Under the pieces are notes generated by a model. It saw nothing but the letters and a program-made list of their open reading frames with translations. It was not told the origin of the DNA and searched no databases. Of a stretch of 64,000 nt of DNA, positions 26,765-37,500 are shown piece after piece; the stretch's first letter is position 1; every line of letters begins with the position of its first letter. The DNA lies in NCBI GenBank assembly GCA_044375555.1, contig JBILML010000011.1:6345-70344 (forward strand), read 5' to 3'. Position numbers and translations under genes: made by a program. This DNA is from Terrimicrobiaceae bacterium (lineage in GTDB: Bacteria; Verrucomicrobiota; Verrucomicrobiia; Chthoniobacterales; Terrimicrobiaceae).

Positions 26765-27573
26765 TTGGAGGATTCGTTTTTTTGGATAAAGCGAAGCAAC
26801 TCTGCGAGTCCCGAAGCGGTCATTTCACCATGATTTTTTCCTGGGATTTCGATCAGATCCGTGGCGGAGTGTTCCGCAAGTTTCATCATTCGCCACAGCA
26901 TGGCGTTTTCCTCGTAGCGGCCCCACAATTCCATCTCTCGGTCGCCGGTGACGAGCAACATCGGTGGCGCGTCCCCACGCACATGGTAGAGGGGGGCCAT
27001 TTCATCGACCAGTGGATGCAGGTGCGACATTCCGCGCTCCTTGCGGATCGTGAAGTGAGTGATCGTCTGCCCGCTTAAAGGAACGACGCCCCGCAAGCGG
27101 TTCGCATCGATCCCTTGAGCCGCGAGGTATTTTTTGTCGAGTGCCAGCATGGCAGCCAGGTAGCCGCCGGCGGAGTGTCCGCTGAGATAGATTTTTTTGT
27201 TGGATCCCCTGTATTGATCGATGTTGTCGAACACCCAAGCGACCGCCGCGGCGGCATCCTCGATATAAACTGGGGACTGGACGGCGGGATGCAGGCGGTA
27301 TCCTGGAGCAACCACCACGAGATTCTGGTTTTTTAGCTCGTTAGGAATCGATCTTGTGCCCTCTGTGAAGCCGCCGCCATGAAACCAGACAACTACGGGA
27401 AGATCGACTCCGCTTTCAGGGACGGAGATGTCCAGTCTGCAGGGTTCGTTTGTCGACTCTTGCTTGTAGGGAATGGCGTCTAGATTCCTGTCCCCACCTC
27501 GCGCGAAGAAGGTAAAAGCAGGGAGTAAAACAACGGCTATATGAATAGGTAATCTTGGGAGGTTCATAGCCAT
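26761..27573 (-). CDS. Alpha/beta-hydrolase esterase (HGGG oxyanion hole, GxSxG nucleophile), exported
   Basis: The motifs are VVWFHGGGFTEG and IYLSGHSAGGYLAAMLAL. The start is set at the internal ATG at 27571-27573 (MAMNLPRLPIHIAVVLLPAFTFFA, a signal peptide) rather than 27978. Confidence 0.8.
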   Translation of the reverse strand: MAMNLPRLPIHIAVVLLPAFTFFARGGDRNLDAIPYKQESTNEPCRLDISVPESGVDLPVVVWFHGGGFTEGTRSIPNELKNQNLVVVAPGYRLHPAVQSPVYIEDAAAAVAWVFDNIDQYRGSNKKIYLSGHSAGGYLAAMLALDKKYLAAQGIDANRLRGVVPLSGQTITHFTIRKERGMSHLHPLVDEMAPLYHVRGDAPPMLLVTGDREMELWGRYEENAMLWRMMKLAEHSATDLIEIPGKNHGEMTASGLAELLRFIQKNESSK

Positions 27574-27630
27574 TTGAAAGAATGAGCCCGATATAATCGC
27601 ATCCACGATAGGCGTGAGTCTTGGGTAAAA

Positions 27631-27640
27631 TTTACGTAAA
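27631..27640. promoter_or_regulatory. Candidate LacI-type operator TTTACGTAAA (site 2, perfect palindrome centred on CG)
   Basis: It lies in the 130-bp divergent intergenic region between the esterase/prepilin operon and the LacI gene. LacI/GalR operators are typically palindromes with a central CG. Confidence 0.35.
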
Positions 27641-27703
27641 GCGCCCGGCGGGTGTTGCTCTTTTGGTTTTTGTCTGATGGATTGGCATGGATTTCCTCTC
27701 TTC

Positions 27704-28801
27704 ATGAAAACGGAAAGCCGCACAAGCCTCCGCGAAATAGCGCAAAAAACTGGACTCAGCCGTATGGCGGTGTCCTTGGCTCTGCGCGGGAAACCGGGCG
27801 TTTCGGAAGCCACTCGAAAAAAGGTTGCCAAGGTGGCTGCCAAACTCGGTTTCTCGCCCGATCCGGAGATTTCAAAACTTCTCTCAAGGATTGGTCGCCG
27901 GACTGGAAAGGGGCCTGTGGGATGCCTGGCCCTGCTTACTTCTGGTGAAAACCACGGAGCTTGGAAAAAGTTGCCCACTGAAAAAAAATATGTCGAGGGT
28001 GCCGAGAGCCGTGCCCTTGAGTATGGCTATCGACTTGAGGAATTTTGGCTGAACGACCCTGCAATGCCTGCGGACCGGCTTGCCGGGATTCTTTGGAATC
28101 GAGGAATCGAAGGCGTTGTAGTGGCTCCGATCCAAGGTCGACTTGTCGCGGATTCACCACGTGTTTTGAACTTCGACTTCAAAAGGTTTTCGTGTGTCGA
28201 GATTAGCGAAACCGTGGAGCAACCCGATCTCGATCGTGCTATACACGATCAATACATCTCCATGCAGCGAAGCCTTAGGGAACTCGCCCGCCTTGGATAT
28301 TCCACATGTGGTCTTGTTCTGGAGAGGGCATTGGATTTGCGCGCGAATGGCAAGTGGACTGCAGCGTTCTTGGAGCATCGGTTTTCATCCCCCGGAAATG
28401 CCGGACCTCCACCGCTTGTTCTCGATGACTGGGATCCAAAGTCTTTCAAGCGTTGGTTTACGAGGCATAGACCCGATGCCATTGTGAGTGTTGACGGGTT
28501 CGGCCTAAGGCTTGCGGAGGCTTGTGGTCTATCCATTCCGCATGATGCTGCCTACGCCACCCTGGACCTCGATGGCGAGAAGGACGGCCCCAAAAATTTT
28601 GCCGGCATTGATCAAAATTCCCGTTTTGTTGGCGCTGGGGCGATCGATGTGCTGGTTGCAGCCATCCAGCGAGGACAAACAGGTCCTCCGGCTCACCCCA
28701 TACGCATCGAGGTCGAGGGTGTGTGGGTCGATGGGCCCTCCGCACCTCAATGTAAGAGGATTGATTTACATAAAGTCCGGCGGTCATTGTCCGTCAGTTG
28801 A
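27704..28801 (+). CDS. LacI family transcriptional regulator
   Basis: The N-terminal HTH is MKTESRTSLREIAQKTGLSRMAVSLALRGKPGVSEATRKKV. A periplasmic-binding-protein-like sugar-binding core follows. The start is set at Met10 of the track ORF. Confidence 0.85.
   Translation: MKTESRTSLREIAQKTGLSRMAVSLALRGKPGVSEATRKKVAKVAAKLGFSPDPEISKLLSRIGRRTGKGPVGCLALLTSGENHGAWKKLPTEKKYVEGAESRALEYGYRLEEFWLNDPAMPADRLAGILWNRGIEGVVVAPIQGRLVADSPRVLNFDFKRFSCVEISETVEQPDLDRAIHDQYISMQRSLRELARLGYSTCGLVLERALDLRANGKWTAAFLEHRFSSPGNAGPPPLVLDDWDPKSFKRWFTRHRPDAIVSVDGFGLRLAEACGLSIPHDAAYATLDLDGEKDGPKNFAGIDQNSRFVGAGAIDVLVAAIQRGQTGPPAHPIRIEVEGVWVDGPSAPQCKRIDLHKVRRSLSVS
28765..28774. promoter_or_regulatory. Candidate operator/promoter motif TTTACATAAA (site 3)
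   Basis: It sits inside the last codons of the LacI gene, 80 bp upstream of the ATG at 28854. The extended match to site 4 is ATTTACATAAAGT. Confidence 0.3.
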
Positions 28802-28853
28802 GTGCTAGGGAGTCTGCACCTGCACATAAACACTCCCTCCCGATTCCGTAACC

Positions 28854-30173
28854 ATGCTACTTAACTCTCAGGCTCCGCTCTTCACTCTCTGCTCAATCGT
28901 CATGATGGCTGTCGCTGGTTGCGAGCCGGCAACCGTTCCTACCTCGGAACCTTTACCAGCGGATACGGCCGAGGCGGTGTCGCCTCAGGCCCCCGTCGAT
29001 GCCGCCGCAGTGCTCAAAGACCTCTCCGCACCAGAAACCAAACAACTCCTGATGCACTACATGCCCTGGTATGAAACGCCACAGGTGAGACAAAAGTGGG
29101 GAGCGCACTGGACCGGCCACAAAAACGAGCATGATCCCTCGAATGTGGATGAAAAGGGCTTGCCCGACATCTGGTCCCATAACCACCCGTTGATTGGACT
29201 TTATGATTCCACTGATCCGGATGTTTTGGAGTGCCAACTCCTTGAAATGAAACTATCTGGAGTTAACGGTGTCATCGTTGACTGGTATGGAATAGCCGAA
29301 GCCGCTGATTTCCCAGATATTCATCTCGCCTCTCAGGCGATGTTCGACGCCTGTGGAACCCATGGAATGAAATTCGCTGCCTGCTATGAGGATCGCACGG
29401 TGAAGTTGCTGCTGGACTGGGGCAAAATCACGCTGGAGGAAATTCCACGCCATGTCGCGGAAAATTTCCGCTGGCTCGGGGAGAATTGGTTCCCCAAGCC
29501 ACAGTATTTCCAATTTGAGGGGGAGCCTCTCCTTCTGAATTTTGGTCCGATATTTGTGACGGATTCCGATGTGTGGGCTGCGGCCAAGGCGGATCTCAAC
29601 CCCGAACCTCGCCTTTTCGGCCTCCATCATCTTTGGCAGGGAGTCGGTATGGATGGAGGATTCAGTTGGGTGCATACCGAACCTTTCAACGGAGATTCTT
29701 CTCCTGATGAAATCATTTGCCGCCTTACTGAAACGCACGCCTATCGGTCCCCCGATCCAAGCAAAGCAATTCCCTCCGCCTATCCAGGGTTCAATGATAT
29801 TTATGAAAAATCCCTTCTTTCGCCACTCGACCGCCGCGGCGGTCGAACCATCCGTGAAACGCTCCGTGCCGCCATGGAGGGCCCGTGGCCATTGATCCAG
29901 TTGGTAACTTGGAACGACTACGGGGAAGGCACTGTTATCGAGCCGACCCACGAGGATGGCTACGATGCGCTGGAGGCGATCCAAGAAGTCCGCCGCAGGG
30001 AATTGGGCGAAAAATTTACCTTCACCCCAGAAGACCTTCGCCTTCCAGCGCGTCTTCTCGCACTTCGTAAGGCCAATATTGTTCCCAAAGCCGATCTCGA
30101 CCGGATATCCACGCTGTTGGGAAACGGTCGGTGCTCTGAGGCTTCGGCCTTGCTTGATCAGGCCGAAAAATAG
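28854..30173 (+). CDS. Putative glycoside hydrolase, GH71/GH99-like fold, lipoprotein or exported
   Basis: The signal region is LFTLCSIVMMAVAGCEP. Other blocks are LLMHYMPWYE, VIVDWYG and LVTWNDYGEGTVIEPT; the WNDYGE block is shared by GH71 and GH99-like enzymes as I recall them. The family call is tentative. Confidence 0.55.
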   Translation: MLLNSQAPLFTLCSIVMMAVAGCEPATVPTSEPLPADTAEAVSPQAPVDAAAVLKDLSAPETKQLLMHYMPWYETPQVRQKWGAHWTGHKNEHDPSNVDEKGLPDIWSHNHPLIGLYDSTDPDVLECQLLEMKLSGVNGVIVDWYGIAEAADFPDIHLASQAMFDACGTHGMKFAACYEDRTVKLLLDWGKITLEEIPRHVAENFRWLGENWFPKPQYFQFEGEPLLLNFGPIFVTDSDVWAAAKADLNPEPRLFGLHHLWQGVGMDGGFSWVHTEPFNGDSSPDEIICRLTETHAYRSPDPSKAIPSAYPGFNDIYEKSLLSPLDRRGGRTIRETLRAAMEGPWPLIQLVTWNDYGEGTVIEPTHEDGYDALEAIQEVRRRELGEKFTFTPEDLRLPARLLALRKANIVPKADLDRISTLLGNGRCSEASALLDQAEK

Positions 30174-30193
30174 TCGGCCTCCCCGCTCAGCTG

Positions 30194-31621
30194 ATGTCCC
30201 TCCATTCACGCCACGAGACCTCTCCTCAAGACAGGATTCCCGTTGCCCAAAAAATCTTTTACGGCACGGGGCAGATCAGCAACATGATCTTGGCCCTGGC
30301 GATCACCAACTTGGCGTCTTTTGTTCTAACCGTGGAGCTCGGTGTCAGCGCCTTTCTGGTTGGTCTCGCAACCGGAATCCCCAGACTTTTCGATGCGCTC
30401 ACGGATCCTCCAGTGGGTTACCTCTCCGATAACTGGCGTTCGCGCTGGGGGCGTCGCAAACCCTTCCTTCTTGTTGGCATCATTTCCGTTGGACTCACCC
30501 TCATGCTCATGTGGCAAATGCCACGCGGTTGGAGCGAAATGGCCTACTTCTGGTTCTTCCTCGGGATGTCACTCGTCTATTTTTTAGCCTACACCTTATA
30601 CGCTACACCTTTCGTTGCATTAGGATATGAGCTGAGCAGCGACTATCACGAGCGCACGCGACTCATGGGAACGATGAACTTCATCGGATCCCTCGCAGCG
30701 GTTCCCATGGCGTGGCTCTTTGCCATCACACAATGGGACATTTTTACCGATGGCATCCATGGCGCCCGAGTTTTAGCCGTCATTCTGGGTGTGCTTGTCA
30801 TCGCAACAGGACTTGTTCCAGTGATTTTTCTCAAGGATCCAACCGCCCGCCGCTTCCAAAAACGCGAAGGCGCTGGAGAATCCAAGGCCGGTCTTTCGTT
30901 CTTTGACGGACTCAAAAAGACCCTCAAAAATAAAAATTTCCGATACATCTGCTTTGCCACATTCGCCTTCTTTCCCGGGCTTACTCTGGTTCAGAACTTC
31001 AGTTCCTTCCTCGTCATCTACTATCTTTTTGATGGCAACAAAAGCGCTTCGTCTGTTCTCCTTGGCTGGTCTGGAACGCTTTCATCGTTTCTCGGCCTTG
31101 CATTCATCCCGCTGGTTACATGGCTAGGAACACATTTCGGCAAGCGCCAAGCATTCATTCTCTGCGCGTCTGCGGCGCTTTTCGGAACGCTCATCAAATG
31201 GTTCTGCTATGAGAAATCCATCCCGTATTTGAATCTCCTTCCTGGCCCGTTCATCGGGCTCGGCTTTTCCGCTTTGTGGGTCCTCATGGGATCTATGATG
31301 GCCGATGTCTGCGACGAAGATGAACTCCACACCCACGAGCGCCGTGAAGGCACCTACAGCTCCGTCTACTGGTGGATCGTCAAGCTCGGGCTTTCCGCAT
31401 CGCTAGTTGTCTCTGGTGCCTTGTTGGGGCTCACCGGGTTCGAGGAATCGCTTGGTGCCGCCCAATCGCCCTCCACATTTTTCTGGATGCGCATTTGCGA
31501 TATCGTTTTCCCAGCTTTGTTCATAGCTCTTTCTATCTTGTTTATCCGCAAGTTCCCGATCACCGAGGCCCGTGCTTACGAAATCAAGCAGCAACTCGCT
31601 GCACGAAAACAAACCGTCTGA
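30194..31621 (+). CDS. MFS transporter, glycoside-pentoside-hexuronide (GPH):cation symporter family
   Basis: KIFYGTGQISNM...GIPRLFDALTDPPVGYLSDNWRSRWGRRKPFLL is the MelB/GPH signature. About 12 TM segments are present. Confidence 0.85.
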   Translation: MSLHSRHETSPQDRIPVAQKIFYGTGQISNMILALAITNLASFVLTVELGVSAFLVGLATGIPRLFDALTDPPVGYLSDNWRSRWGRRKPFLLVGIISVGLTLMLMWQMPRGWSEMAYFWFFLGMSLVYFLAYTLYATPFVALGYELSSDYHERTRLMGTMNFIGSLAAVPMAWLFAITQWDIFTDGIHGARVLAVILGVLVIATGLVPVIFLKDPTARRFQKREGAGESKAGLSFFDGLKKTLKNKNFRYICFATFAFFPGLTLVQNFSSFLVIYYLFDGNKSASSVLLGWSGTLSSFLGLAFIPLVTWLGTHFGKRQAFILCASAALFGTLIKWFCYEKSIPYLNLLPGPFIGLGFSALWVLMGSMMADVCDEDELHTHERREGTYSSVYWWIVKLGLSASLVVSGALLGLTGFEESLGAAQSPSTFFWMRICDIVFPALFIALSILFIRKFPITEARAYEIKQQLAARKQTV

Positions 31622-31667
31622 AATTTCTACTGCCGAGCAATCGTGCACCGCTCGCTTCAATCTTTGA

Positions 31668-33338
31668 GTGTGGGTTGTGAAAAAAACTGCCACCTTGGCC
31701 CTTATCGCCGCCCTGTTGCTCTCGTGTGAACGCGATCCTGGTGCCATTTCGGTATCCGGTCCGTTTCCGTGGGAGCGATACGAAGCGGAGGATTCCCTGA
31801 CGAATGGAGAGATTCGCGGGCCGTCTCACCGGTATCTCACGCCAGAGTCCGAATCCTCGGGACGCCGCCATGTGCGTCTCGAAAAAGTCGGCGATCAAGT
31901 GGAATTTGCAGCAAGGCGCGAAGCCGATGGCCTGATTTTGCGTTATTGCATTCCGGACTCCCCCCATGGCGGAGGAATCTCCGGATCACTGCAGCTTCTA
32001 ATAAATGGCCGCCCAGTGACGGAGATTCCGCTCAACTCGCGGCACTCCTGGAACTACGGGGATTTTCCCTGGCCGGACGACCCGCAACTCGGTCGGTCCC
32101 ATCATTTTTTCGATGAGACCCATGTTCGCATCCCGACTGTGCGCAAGGGGGATTCGCTGGTTTTGCGCAGGGAAAAAAACGATGCCACGGAGTATGTGCT
32201 GGTCGATTTTATCGAATTGGAAACCGTCCCGCCGCCCCTGCCAAAGCCGGCGGGCAGTCTTTCACTTGCGGACTTTGGAGCGGTTCCGGGCGATGGGATC
32301 GATGACTCGTCGGCTTTGCGGAAGCTTTTGGAGGCGGCAATACGCGAGGGGGTGGTGGCTTGGATTCCGGAAGGGGTTTTCGAATTGAGCGGGGACAGGA
32401 TTCCTCTGCCCGGAGTCGAAATTCGCGGCGCGGGAATGTGGCATTCGAGATTTGGAGGCTCCCGCCCCATGTTCGTTGGAACGGGGCGGACTGTAACTGT
32501 TTCGGATATTGGAATCTTCGGCGACACAAATATCCGCAACGACTCCTCCCCTGACAATGCCTTCGATGGAAATTTCGGGGATGGCTCCGTTTTCCGCAGG
32601 CTTTGGATCGAACATTTGAAATGCGGGTTCTGGACCACGGGCGGAACTAAAAACCTGCTGATCGAGCACTGTCGGCTGCGGAATCTGATGGCGGACGGGG
32701 TGAATTTTTGCAACGGCAGCTCATACTCGACCGTGAGGGAATGCCATGTGAGGAATTGTGGGGACGATGGACTGGCCACCTGGTCGCCGCGCGAAGGCGG
32801 GGAATGGATTCCCGGGATCGGCAACAAATTCCTCGGCAATCTGGTCGAACTCCAGTGGCATGCCAACGGGATCGCCATCTACGGTGGTGCGGACCACCTC
32901 GTGCAGGGCAACACCATCATTGGAACTGTTTTTTCCGGCGGCGGCATCCATGTCGCCTCTTCCTTCAACTGTGTGCCGTATTCGGGTCCGGTGCACTTGA
33001 TCGATAATGAAGTCCGCGATGCCGGTGGAGATTGCTACATCGGCCAGCGAGTCGGAGCAGTTTGGGTTCACGCCAAGGACTCCGATATCGAAACTCCGAT
33101 CTTCATCGAGCGCTTGCGCGTCTTCGATCCCCAAGGGCCTTTGCTTAGCATCCATGGTCCAGCTTCATCCCGGAATGTGATTCTGGAGCGTGCTGAACTC
33201 GGAGCAGGTGCCCAGGAAGCCATCCACATTCTTCCGAATGCGCGCGGCGGAATTGCGTTGTCGGAATTGGAAATTCCGGAATCCGGGTGCGCGATGCTGC
33301 TGAACGAAAGCGATGACTTCCGAGTCGAGGAGTTTTGA
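31668..33338 (+). CDS. Right-handed parallel beta-helix glycoside hydrolase/lyase with an N-terminal carbohydrate-binding-like domain (lipoprotein)
   Basis: A lipobox is present (LIAALLLSC). The Pectate_lyase_3-type entry is SLADFGAVPGDGIDDSSALRKLLEAA. Repetitive beta-helix turns follow (NGIAIYGG, GGIHVASS). Both GTG 31668 and GTG 31677 are possible starts. Confidence 0.65.
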   Translation: MWVVKKTATLALIAALLLSCERDPGAISVSGPFPWERYEAEDSLTNGEIRGPSHRYLTPESESSGRRHVRLEKVGDQVEFAARREADGLILRYCIPDSPHGGGISGSLQLLINGRPVTEIPLNSRHSWNYGDFPWPDDPQLGRSHHFFDETHVRIPTVRKGDSLVLRREKNDATEYVLVDFIELETVPPPLPKPAGSLSLADFGAVPGDGIDDSSALRKLLEAAIREGVVAWIPEGVFELSGDRIPLPGVEIRGAGMWHSRFGGSRPMFVGTGRTVTVSDIGIFGDTNIRNDSSPDNAFDGNFGDGSVFRRLWIEHLKCGFWTTGGTKNLLIEHCRLRNLMADGVNFCNGSSYSTVRECHVRNCGDDGLATWSPREGGEWIPGIGNKFLGNLVELQWHANGIAIYGGADHLVQGNTIIGTVFSGGGIHVASSFNCVPYSGPVHLIDNEVRDAGGDCYIGQRVGAVWVHAKDSDIETPIFIERLRVFDPQGPLLSIHGPASSRNVILERAELGAGAQEAIHILPNARGGIALSELEIPESGCAMLLNESDDFRVEEF

Positions 33339-33367
33339 TCTCCGCAGCAAGCAGACTCCAGGGCCTA

Positions 33368-33377
33368 TTTACATAAA
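33368..33377. promoter_or_regulatory. Candidate operator/promoter motif TTTACATAAA (site 4)
   Basis: It lies 87 bp upstream of the TPR gene ATG at 33464, in the 125-bp intergenic region. Confidence 0.3.
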
Positions 33378-33463
33378 GTTCCATAGTCCTCCTCTAACTG
33401 CTCATTCGGGTTTGGTGTGCAAGGGTGATGTGCTTGATTAGAGCCCTCGCACTACCCATACAC

Positions 33464-34132
33464 ATGAAAAAGAAAATCCTTCCCTCCGCAATGTCACTGC
33501 TCACCGCATTTGCTTTCACCGCATCCGCCCAAGACTACGCCACACTCCTTAAGAACGGGGATGCCGCGCTTGCAAAACAAGATTATCCTGCGGCCCTGGT
33601 GGAATACACCAAGGCCGAGGAAATCTCCGCCAACCTGGGCGAAAAGTCCTTTGCAGTGGCCAAGCAGGCTCTCGTCAAAAGTGAACAGAAGGATTACCCG
33701 GCTGCTGGTTCCTTGGCTAAACGGGCTCTTGAAAATACGGAAATATCGCCTGTTTGCGAAGTCACCGCTCTTCAGGCCTTGGGCCTGTATCAGATGAAGA
33801 GCGAACGAGATTTCGCCGCAGCTTCCGAGAGCTTTAAAAAAGCATCGCTGCTTCGCGATGTAGATTGGGCCAAGCCTTACTTGAATCTTCTTCTGGGGGA
33901 TTCTTTACGGGAGACAGGGAAATACAGCGAAGCCCTTGAAGCTTATAACCGCGTGATCAACCTCCCGAATTCCAAGGACAGCTTAAAGGCCGCAGCCTAC
34001 TTCAACATCGGACTTGAACAAGTTTACGGGCAGAAAAACGCCACCAAGGCCCGCGAAGCCTTCGACGAGGCAGTTAAGTTGAACCCCGCCCTACGGGCGG
34101 AAGCCGACAAGCACCTAGTCGCATTGCCATAA
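33464..34132 (+). CDS. Exported tetratricopeptide (TPR) repeat protein
   Basis: A signal peptide is present (MKKKILPSAMSLLTAFAFTASAQ). TPR-like repeats follow (ALVEYTKAEEI, EALEAYNRVINL, AREAFDEAVKLNP). Confidence 0.7.
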   Translation: MKKKILPSAMSLLTAFAFTASAQDYATLLKNGDAALAKQDYPAALVEYTKAEEISANLGEKSFAVAKQALVKSEQKDYPAAGSLAKRALENTEISPVCEVTALQALGLYQMKSERDFAAASESFKKASLLRDVDWAKPYLNLLLGDSLRETGKYSEALEAYNRVINLPNSKDSLKAAAYFNIGLEQVYGQKNATKAREAFDEAVKLNPALRAEADKHLVALP

Positions 34133-34552
34133 CTCTGCGGTCCTTGCCCCCCCCCAACTTCCCTCTTTGTGTAAACAAGCACAAAACGCCTCCTCTCAGA
34201 AAATGCATTCAATTGCAGAACAGTTGCCATGCGGTCACCAAGCCTAACCTGAGTCGTTATGTTTCATGCGCGCAAAAGGCCTCTTTGTTTCCCATTGAAG
34301 TCTCTTGACCACGATAGACAGTCCTTCCAGTGCATCTTGCACTCAGGTGACTCGGATTCTTCTCTGTGCAAGCCTCATGCTCTCTCTAACCAGATCGGTC
34401 GTTATCTTCAAAAAGCTGGCGCTCATTATTTTGTGAAAGAGTGGACGCCTGAGTATCCCAAAAATAGTGGTTTCACTGGCACGATTTTTTCTTGGATCGC
34501 TTTCTTCCGAGCGACCGTTAAAGATTCCACGCTTATTCGTTGTAATCCTCCC

Positions 34553-37500
34553 ATGGTCTTTACATTTGGGCTCAGGGTTTTAAAGCAGGTCGTTACAATA
34601 CTTCTAATGGGAGGAAGCCTAACAAGTGCCTCCGCTCAGACATGGCTGGTGAACCTGAACGACGCCGCTGGGTATCGCGGGGCAAGCCAGAACGGCACTG
34701 ATGCAAATGGCAATCTCTGGAATAATATCAATCCATGGGGATGGGTTGGGATTCAAACCACATTTGGAACAAGCTCAGGAAATTTTAGAGGCAATTTGCT
34801 GGGAACCTCAGCAGGTGTTGATAGTTTTAACGGTCCGCTAGGAAGTAATGTCAGCAACCCACTCACCCAGGCGCAAGTGGATTCCGTGGTCATCGATTCC
34901 GCCGCGCTTGGCCTGCTCGGCGGATCAAAAGCCGCCGCTGCCGGATACGCCTCCTCCAATGCAACAAATGGTTGGAATTTTTATCTCGGCAATCTGAATT
35001 CCAATCTCACCTACGATGTTTCCTTCTATGGAGCGAATCGCTGGGGTGGCACTTCGGTTTACTCCGCCTTCTCGGGCAGCAACTTTACCACCCAAATCCA
35101 ATCGATCTCGCTGAATGTTGGAGGCTCCGGAGTTTATAATTCTAACCAAACTGCCACGCTAACGGGCCTAAGAACGGTGGCGACGCAGGATTCAAGCCAA
35201 GGTCTCCATTTGCGGATGACTGGTTCCAGTAACGGCACCAGCGGTTATGTGAACGCCATGCTACTTTACGGTTACATTGGTTACCTGGACGGCTCCTCCA
35301 CGACGCTGAATGGAGCTCCTGCGGCTGGCTACATAGGAAACGGAAACTACACAAACGGCGACAGCCGATCCCTCGATACCGTCATAGGCGGTGGATCTTC
35401 ACTAACGGTGAATAGCTCCGACGGAATCTTCTACAATTCGACCGTTATTATCAGAGCTGGTGGTGCAACTATAAATGTCGGCGGCAATTTCACAGCTTAT
35501 GCCTTGAGCGGAAGCGGAAACCTAACCGTCGGCGGGGTAAACCAGTGGACTATCTCTAATTCGGGCAATTATTCGGGCAACCTGACCCTCAGCGGTGCTA
35601 AACTGCAGCTTTCGGCCAACGGTTCGCTGGGAACCGGCAACCTCAGCCTTGCCGGAGGCGAATTGCGCATCGGTTCCTCGAATGCGCTGGGATCGGGTTC
35701 GATTTCTATCAATTCTGGAGTCACCACGCTCGTTAACTACAACGGCCTCACGGCGCTAACAGGAAACAATCCCATTTTTTTCAACGGGGGCGGCACATTA
35801 CTAGTTAATGGCTCCTCTCAAATCCTGAGCCTCGGGTCTGGCAATGTGGTTGTAACCGGAAGCAATACTCTTAACGCATCGTCAGGTGGAATGAGGTTCG
35901 AGGGCATCATCTCCGGTGTGGGATCGTTGAACTGGCAAGGTAACGGCACCCTTGCGCTGAGAGGCACGAACACTTTTAACGGAAACATCACCACCAACGC
36001 CGGAACCTTGGAAATCGGCGGCGCTGGTCTACTCGGCAGCGGGAACTACTCCGGAGCTATTAGCAATAGTGGCAACTTCATCTACGCGAGCACTGCAAAC
36101 CAAACTCTCTCCGGCATCATCTCCGGCACGGGCGTCCTAACCAAAAACGCCTCCAGCACGCTCACCCTCTCCGGTAACAACACCTATACCGGCGCCACCA
36201 CTATAAACGCCGGAACCATCGAGATCGGAGCCTCCGGCCGCCTCGGTGCCGGCACCTACGCGCAAAACATAACCAACAACGGAACGATCATCTACTCCGG
36301 CACAAATGCTCAAACCTTCTCAGGTGTGATCTCCGGCACCGGCAACCTCATCCAAAACGCCTCTAGCACACTCACCCTCTCCGCTGAAAACACCTTCAGC
36401 GGTGGTGTTACCATCAACTCCGGAACCCTCGAGGTCTCCGGCGGCAACGCTCTTAACAATACCACTGTTGTCACGGTTGCCAGCGGCGGCACTTTTCTAG
36501 TAACAACCAAGGAGCAAATCAATGGCCTCGCCGGCGCGGGAAATGTGAGTGTTGGCACCGCTGGATTGACCATCTCCACCGGCACCCCCACTACAAGCAC
36601 ATTCAGTGGTGTTCTTTCTGGGTCTGGAACTCTTGACTTTTTTACTGTCTCGGGTGGCGAAATCAATCTGGCCGGTGACAATACGGCCACAAGCTTCACC
36701 AACCTGAATGGCGGCAATCTCCGCCTCTCCCATGTCGATGCCGCGAAAAACCTGACGCTGAACCTTTATGGCACCAGCGGTAAACAGCTCCTCTTCGCGG
36801 CTGGAAATTCCACCTACAACATCGGCGCTTTCGCTGCTGCCGCCTTTGCCATCGATCTCGGCGGAAACACGATCAGTATCGGATCTAAAAATGTTGCCAG
36901 CACCATTAGCGGAAATCTAACAGGCACAGGCGGCGGCATCACCAAGGTAGGCACAGCCGCACTGACGCTCTCGGGAAGTAACTCCTACACGGGCGGGACA
37001 ACACTGAGCGCCGGCACCCTCAACATCGGTCACGCCTCGGCCCTTAGCACAGGGGCCTTTGTCATCGCCAACGGCACGACCCTCGATAACACAAGCGGCG
37101 GCGCGCTCACGCTCGCGGGAAACAACCCGGTTACCATCGGCGGAACTATGATTTTCGGAGGCGCAAATGATCTCAATCTCGGCACCGGAGCGGTTTCCCG
37201 GAGCGGAGCCTTGGTTTTTAATATCAACACGAACAAAACCCTCACAATTGGAGGAGCCATCGGTGGAGCGAGCAATGTCAATTTCTATGCGGGTGCTGGC
37301 GGAACGCTCGAGCTTGCCGGAGCCAATACCCTCACGGGCTACTTTAATGTGGATGGCGGGAACTTGAAGCTCTCCAATGTCAACGCCCTTCAAAACGCGA
37401 ACTTCAATCCCTACGGTGCCAGTGCCTCTGTTGAATTCGGCGTTGCAGGCGCCAACAACTACCAAATTGGAATGCTTGTCAGTTCGAAGGCGATCAACCT

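Noticed and set aside
34166-34185. The CRP/FNR-like inverted repeat tttgtg-N8-cacaaa after the TPR gene.
   Set aside because: The spacing (8 nt) and the half-sites do not match the TGTGA-N6-TCACA consensus. It is a single occurrence. It is mentioned only as part of the long leader of the giant gene.
34259-34552. The track start (ATG at 34259) of the giant ORF, which adds 98 N-terminal residues.
   Set aside because: The extension (MFHARKRPLCFPLKSLDHDRQSFQC...) is not signal-peptide-like, and the sequence is AT-richer than coding DNA here. The Met at 34553 is followed by a clean signal peptide.
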